Shown here: one piece after another, positions 62,747 through 64,000 of the stretch
Layout of the letters: each line of letters opens with the position of its first letter
Numbering within the stretch: position 1 is the stretch's first letter
DNA from: Protoeuglena noctilucae
Lineage: Eukaryota
DNA: 64,000 bases
Reading direction: 5' to 3'
NCBI GenBank assembly: GCA_958009085.1
Contig: OY253675.1
Coordinates: 62,001-126,000 of the forward strand
The notes under the pieces: model-generated
What the model was told of the DNA's origin: nothing
What the model saw: only the letters and a program-made list of their open reading frames with translations
Databases searched by the model: none
Made by a program: the position numbers and the translations under genes

Positions 62747-64000
62747 ATGGCAACTAGCGGCAGTTCTTTCGATTTATCGCACCTCCTGGAGGCGCTGGCC
62801 AAGCGCAGGCAGGTGCGAGCGCGCGGGATGGCGTGGCCTGGGGCGTGGGAGCGCATGGATGCGGCCCAGGCCCCAGCCCGCGCACATCGCGCTCTCGGTT
62901 CGCATATACGCTCGACGGTGGCACGACATGCAAGCCATCCGGCCAGCGGCGGGCAGGACCGCGCACGATACTCGTCGCGCCGGATGTGCAACAGCCCTGC
63001 GACGCGCCTGCGCCCCCGCAGACGGGCGAGCCCCTCCGAGCGCTCCTTCCCTCGTCATCCGCATACTTGAAGTCCAATAAATCTGCCGCTGCGGCCAAGG
63101 CGGGGAAAGGTGCGCAGGGAGCGGGGGAGCACGTCCGTTTGGCGCACGCTTCGCGCATTCATCCGACAGCGTTGTCTTCCCGTCGCAGAGCGGGAGTATG
63201 AGTTCACGGCCGAAGAGGAGGCGTCGTTCCGGGAGCTTGTCTCCGCGATGGGCGTGGCGTCGTCGCGGTACATGGGCGTGGTTGTCGTGTGCGCTTTCTA
63301 CCTGGTGACTGGCGGATCGCAAGCGTCGAAACACATCGCAAATATAGTAGTTCAATTAGCATGGTCTCAGGTCTCGGTGCCACGCCTTGCCTCGCCTCGC
63401 TTCAGCTGTTTGACGTGTGCGCAATTCGGGCGCAGGTCCTGCTGGTGGTGAAGCGGACGTGGGGCTTCAGCGTCTGCCTGGGGCTGGTCACCGACATCCT
63501 CAACAACTACGCTGTCGCAGCGTTGATCCATGCCGGTGAGTCGATGCGTCACTTGCTGTGGTCCATCACTGCCCTGTGCTCCCCGCATGCGCACGCATCG
63601 CACCCACACCCTCGCTTGCCCTCCACCTTGCGTGACTTGCTGTTTCTCTCCCCGTCTCACATGCACACATACCGCAGTCGTCATCGCCACATCCCTCTCG
63701 CCCCTCACCCTCACCCCCAGGCGCGTCCCACTTCTCCGCGATCGTCAACACCACGGGCTCTGACATCGAGTGCCTCATGCTGGGACTGGCCCACATCGCC
63801 GACCTCTACCAGCAGCTGGCGGCCGTGTGGATCGGATCCGCCATCATCTCCTTCACCCAGAGCGCCGCCGCGTGGCCCTCCGCCTCCATCCTCATCACCG
63901 GTGAGACAGAGATCGACAAGCGGTGACGGAGTGCCCAGTGCATTCACCATGTCACCATGCCATTCGCTGTGTCATGCCGCGCACTGCTCTAGGATGGCGC
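62747..64000 (+). CDS. hypothetical multi-pass membrane protein, runs off the window end
   Basis: Exons 'MATSGSSFDLSHLLEALAKR', 'EREYEFTAEEEASFRELVSAM...VVVVCAFYL', 'VLLVV...GLVTDILNNYAVAALIHA', 'GASHFSAIVNTTGSDIECLMLGLAHIADLYQQLA...'; donor GTGAG at 63901. Confidence 0.6.

Overview
GC-rich eukaryotic genomic DNA, most consistent with a flagellated green alga (green-algal-type beta-tubulin, dynein regulatory complex subunit DRC5, spliceosomal introns throughout). About 11-12 spliced genes can be assembled by eye: BTB-BACK protein, beta-tubulin, divergent type II peroxiredoxin, DUF4787-like secreted protein, CAND1, F-box-ankyrin protein, DRC5/TCTE1, a very large low-complexity gene (29.5-44.7 kb), a PH + ~12 PLAT/LH2 repeat gene (45.1-58.8 kb) and several hypotheticals. 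A 5'-truncated L1/Tx1-like LINE with a poly(A) tail is also present. The most striking unexplained signal is intronic 'exon echoes'. At roughly 25 exon junctions, the neighbouring intron carries 1-4 extra copies of the adjacent 20-70 nt of exon, usually with the splice site. Where copies differ from the real exon, the differences are mostly synonymous or conservative (5/5, 4/4, 4/4 and 3/3 synonymous in the clearest cases), which neutral intronic duplicates should not show. Also notable: very frequent AG|GC(G/A)AG (GC-AG) donors, G-rich-5'/C-rich-3' polarised introns, and an 'empty' copy (8.1-8.7 kb) of the flanks that surround the F-box-ankyrin gene. Exon structures were derived manually and are approximate; no database searches were run.
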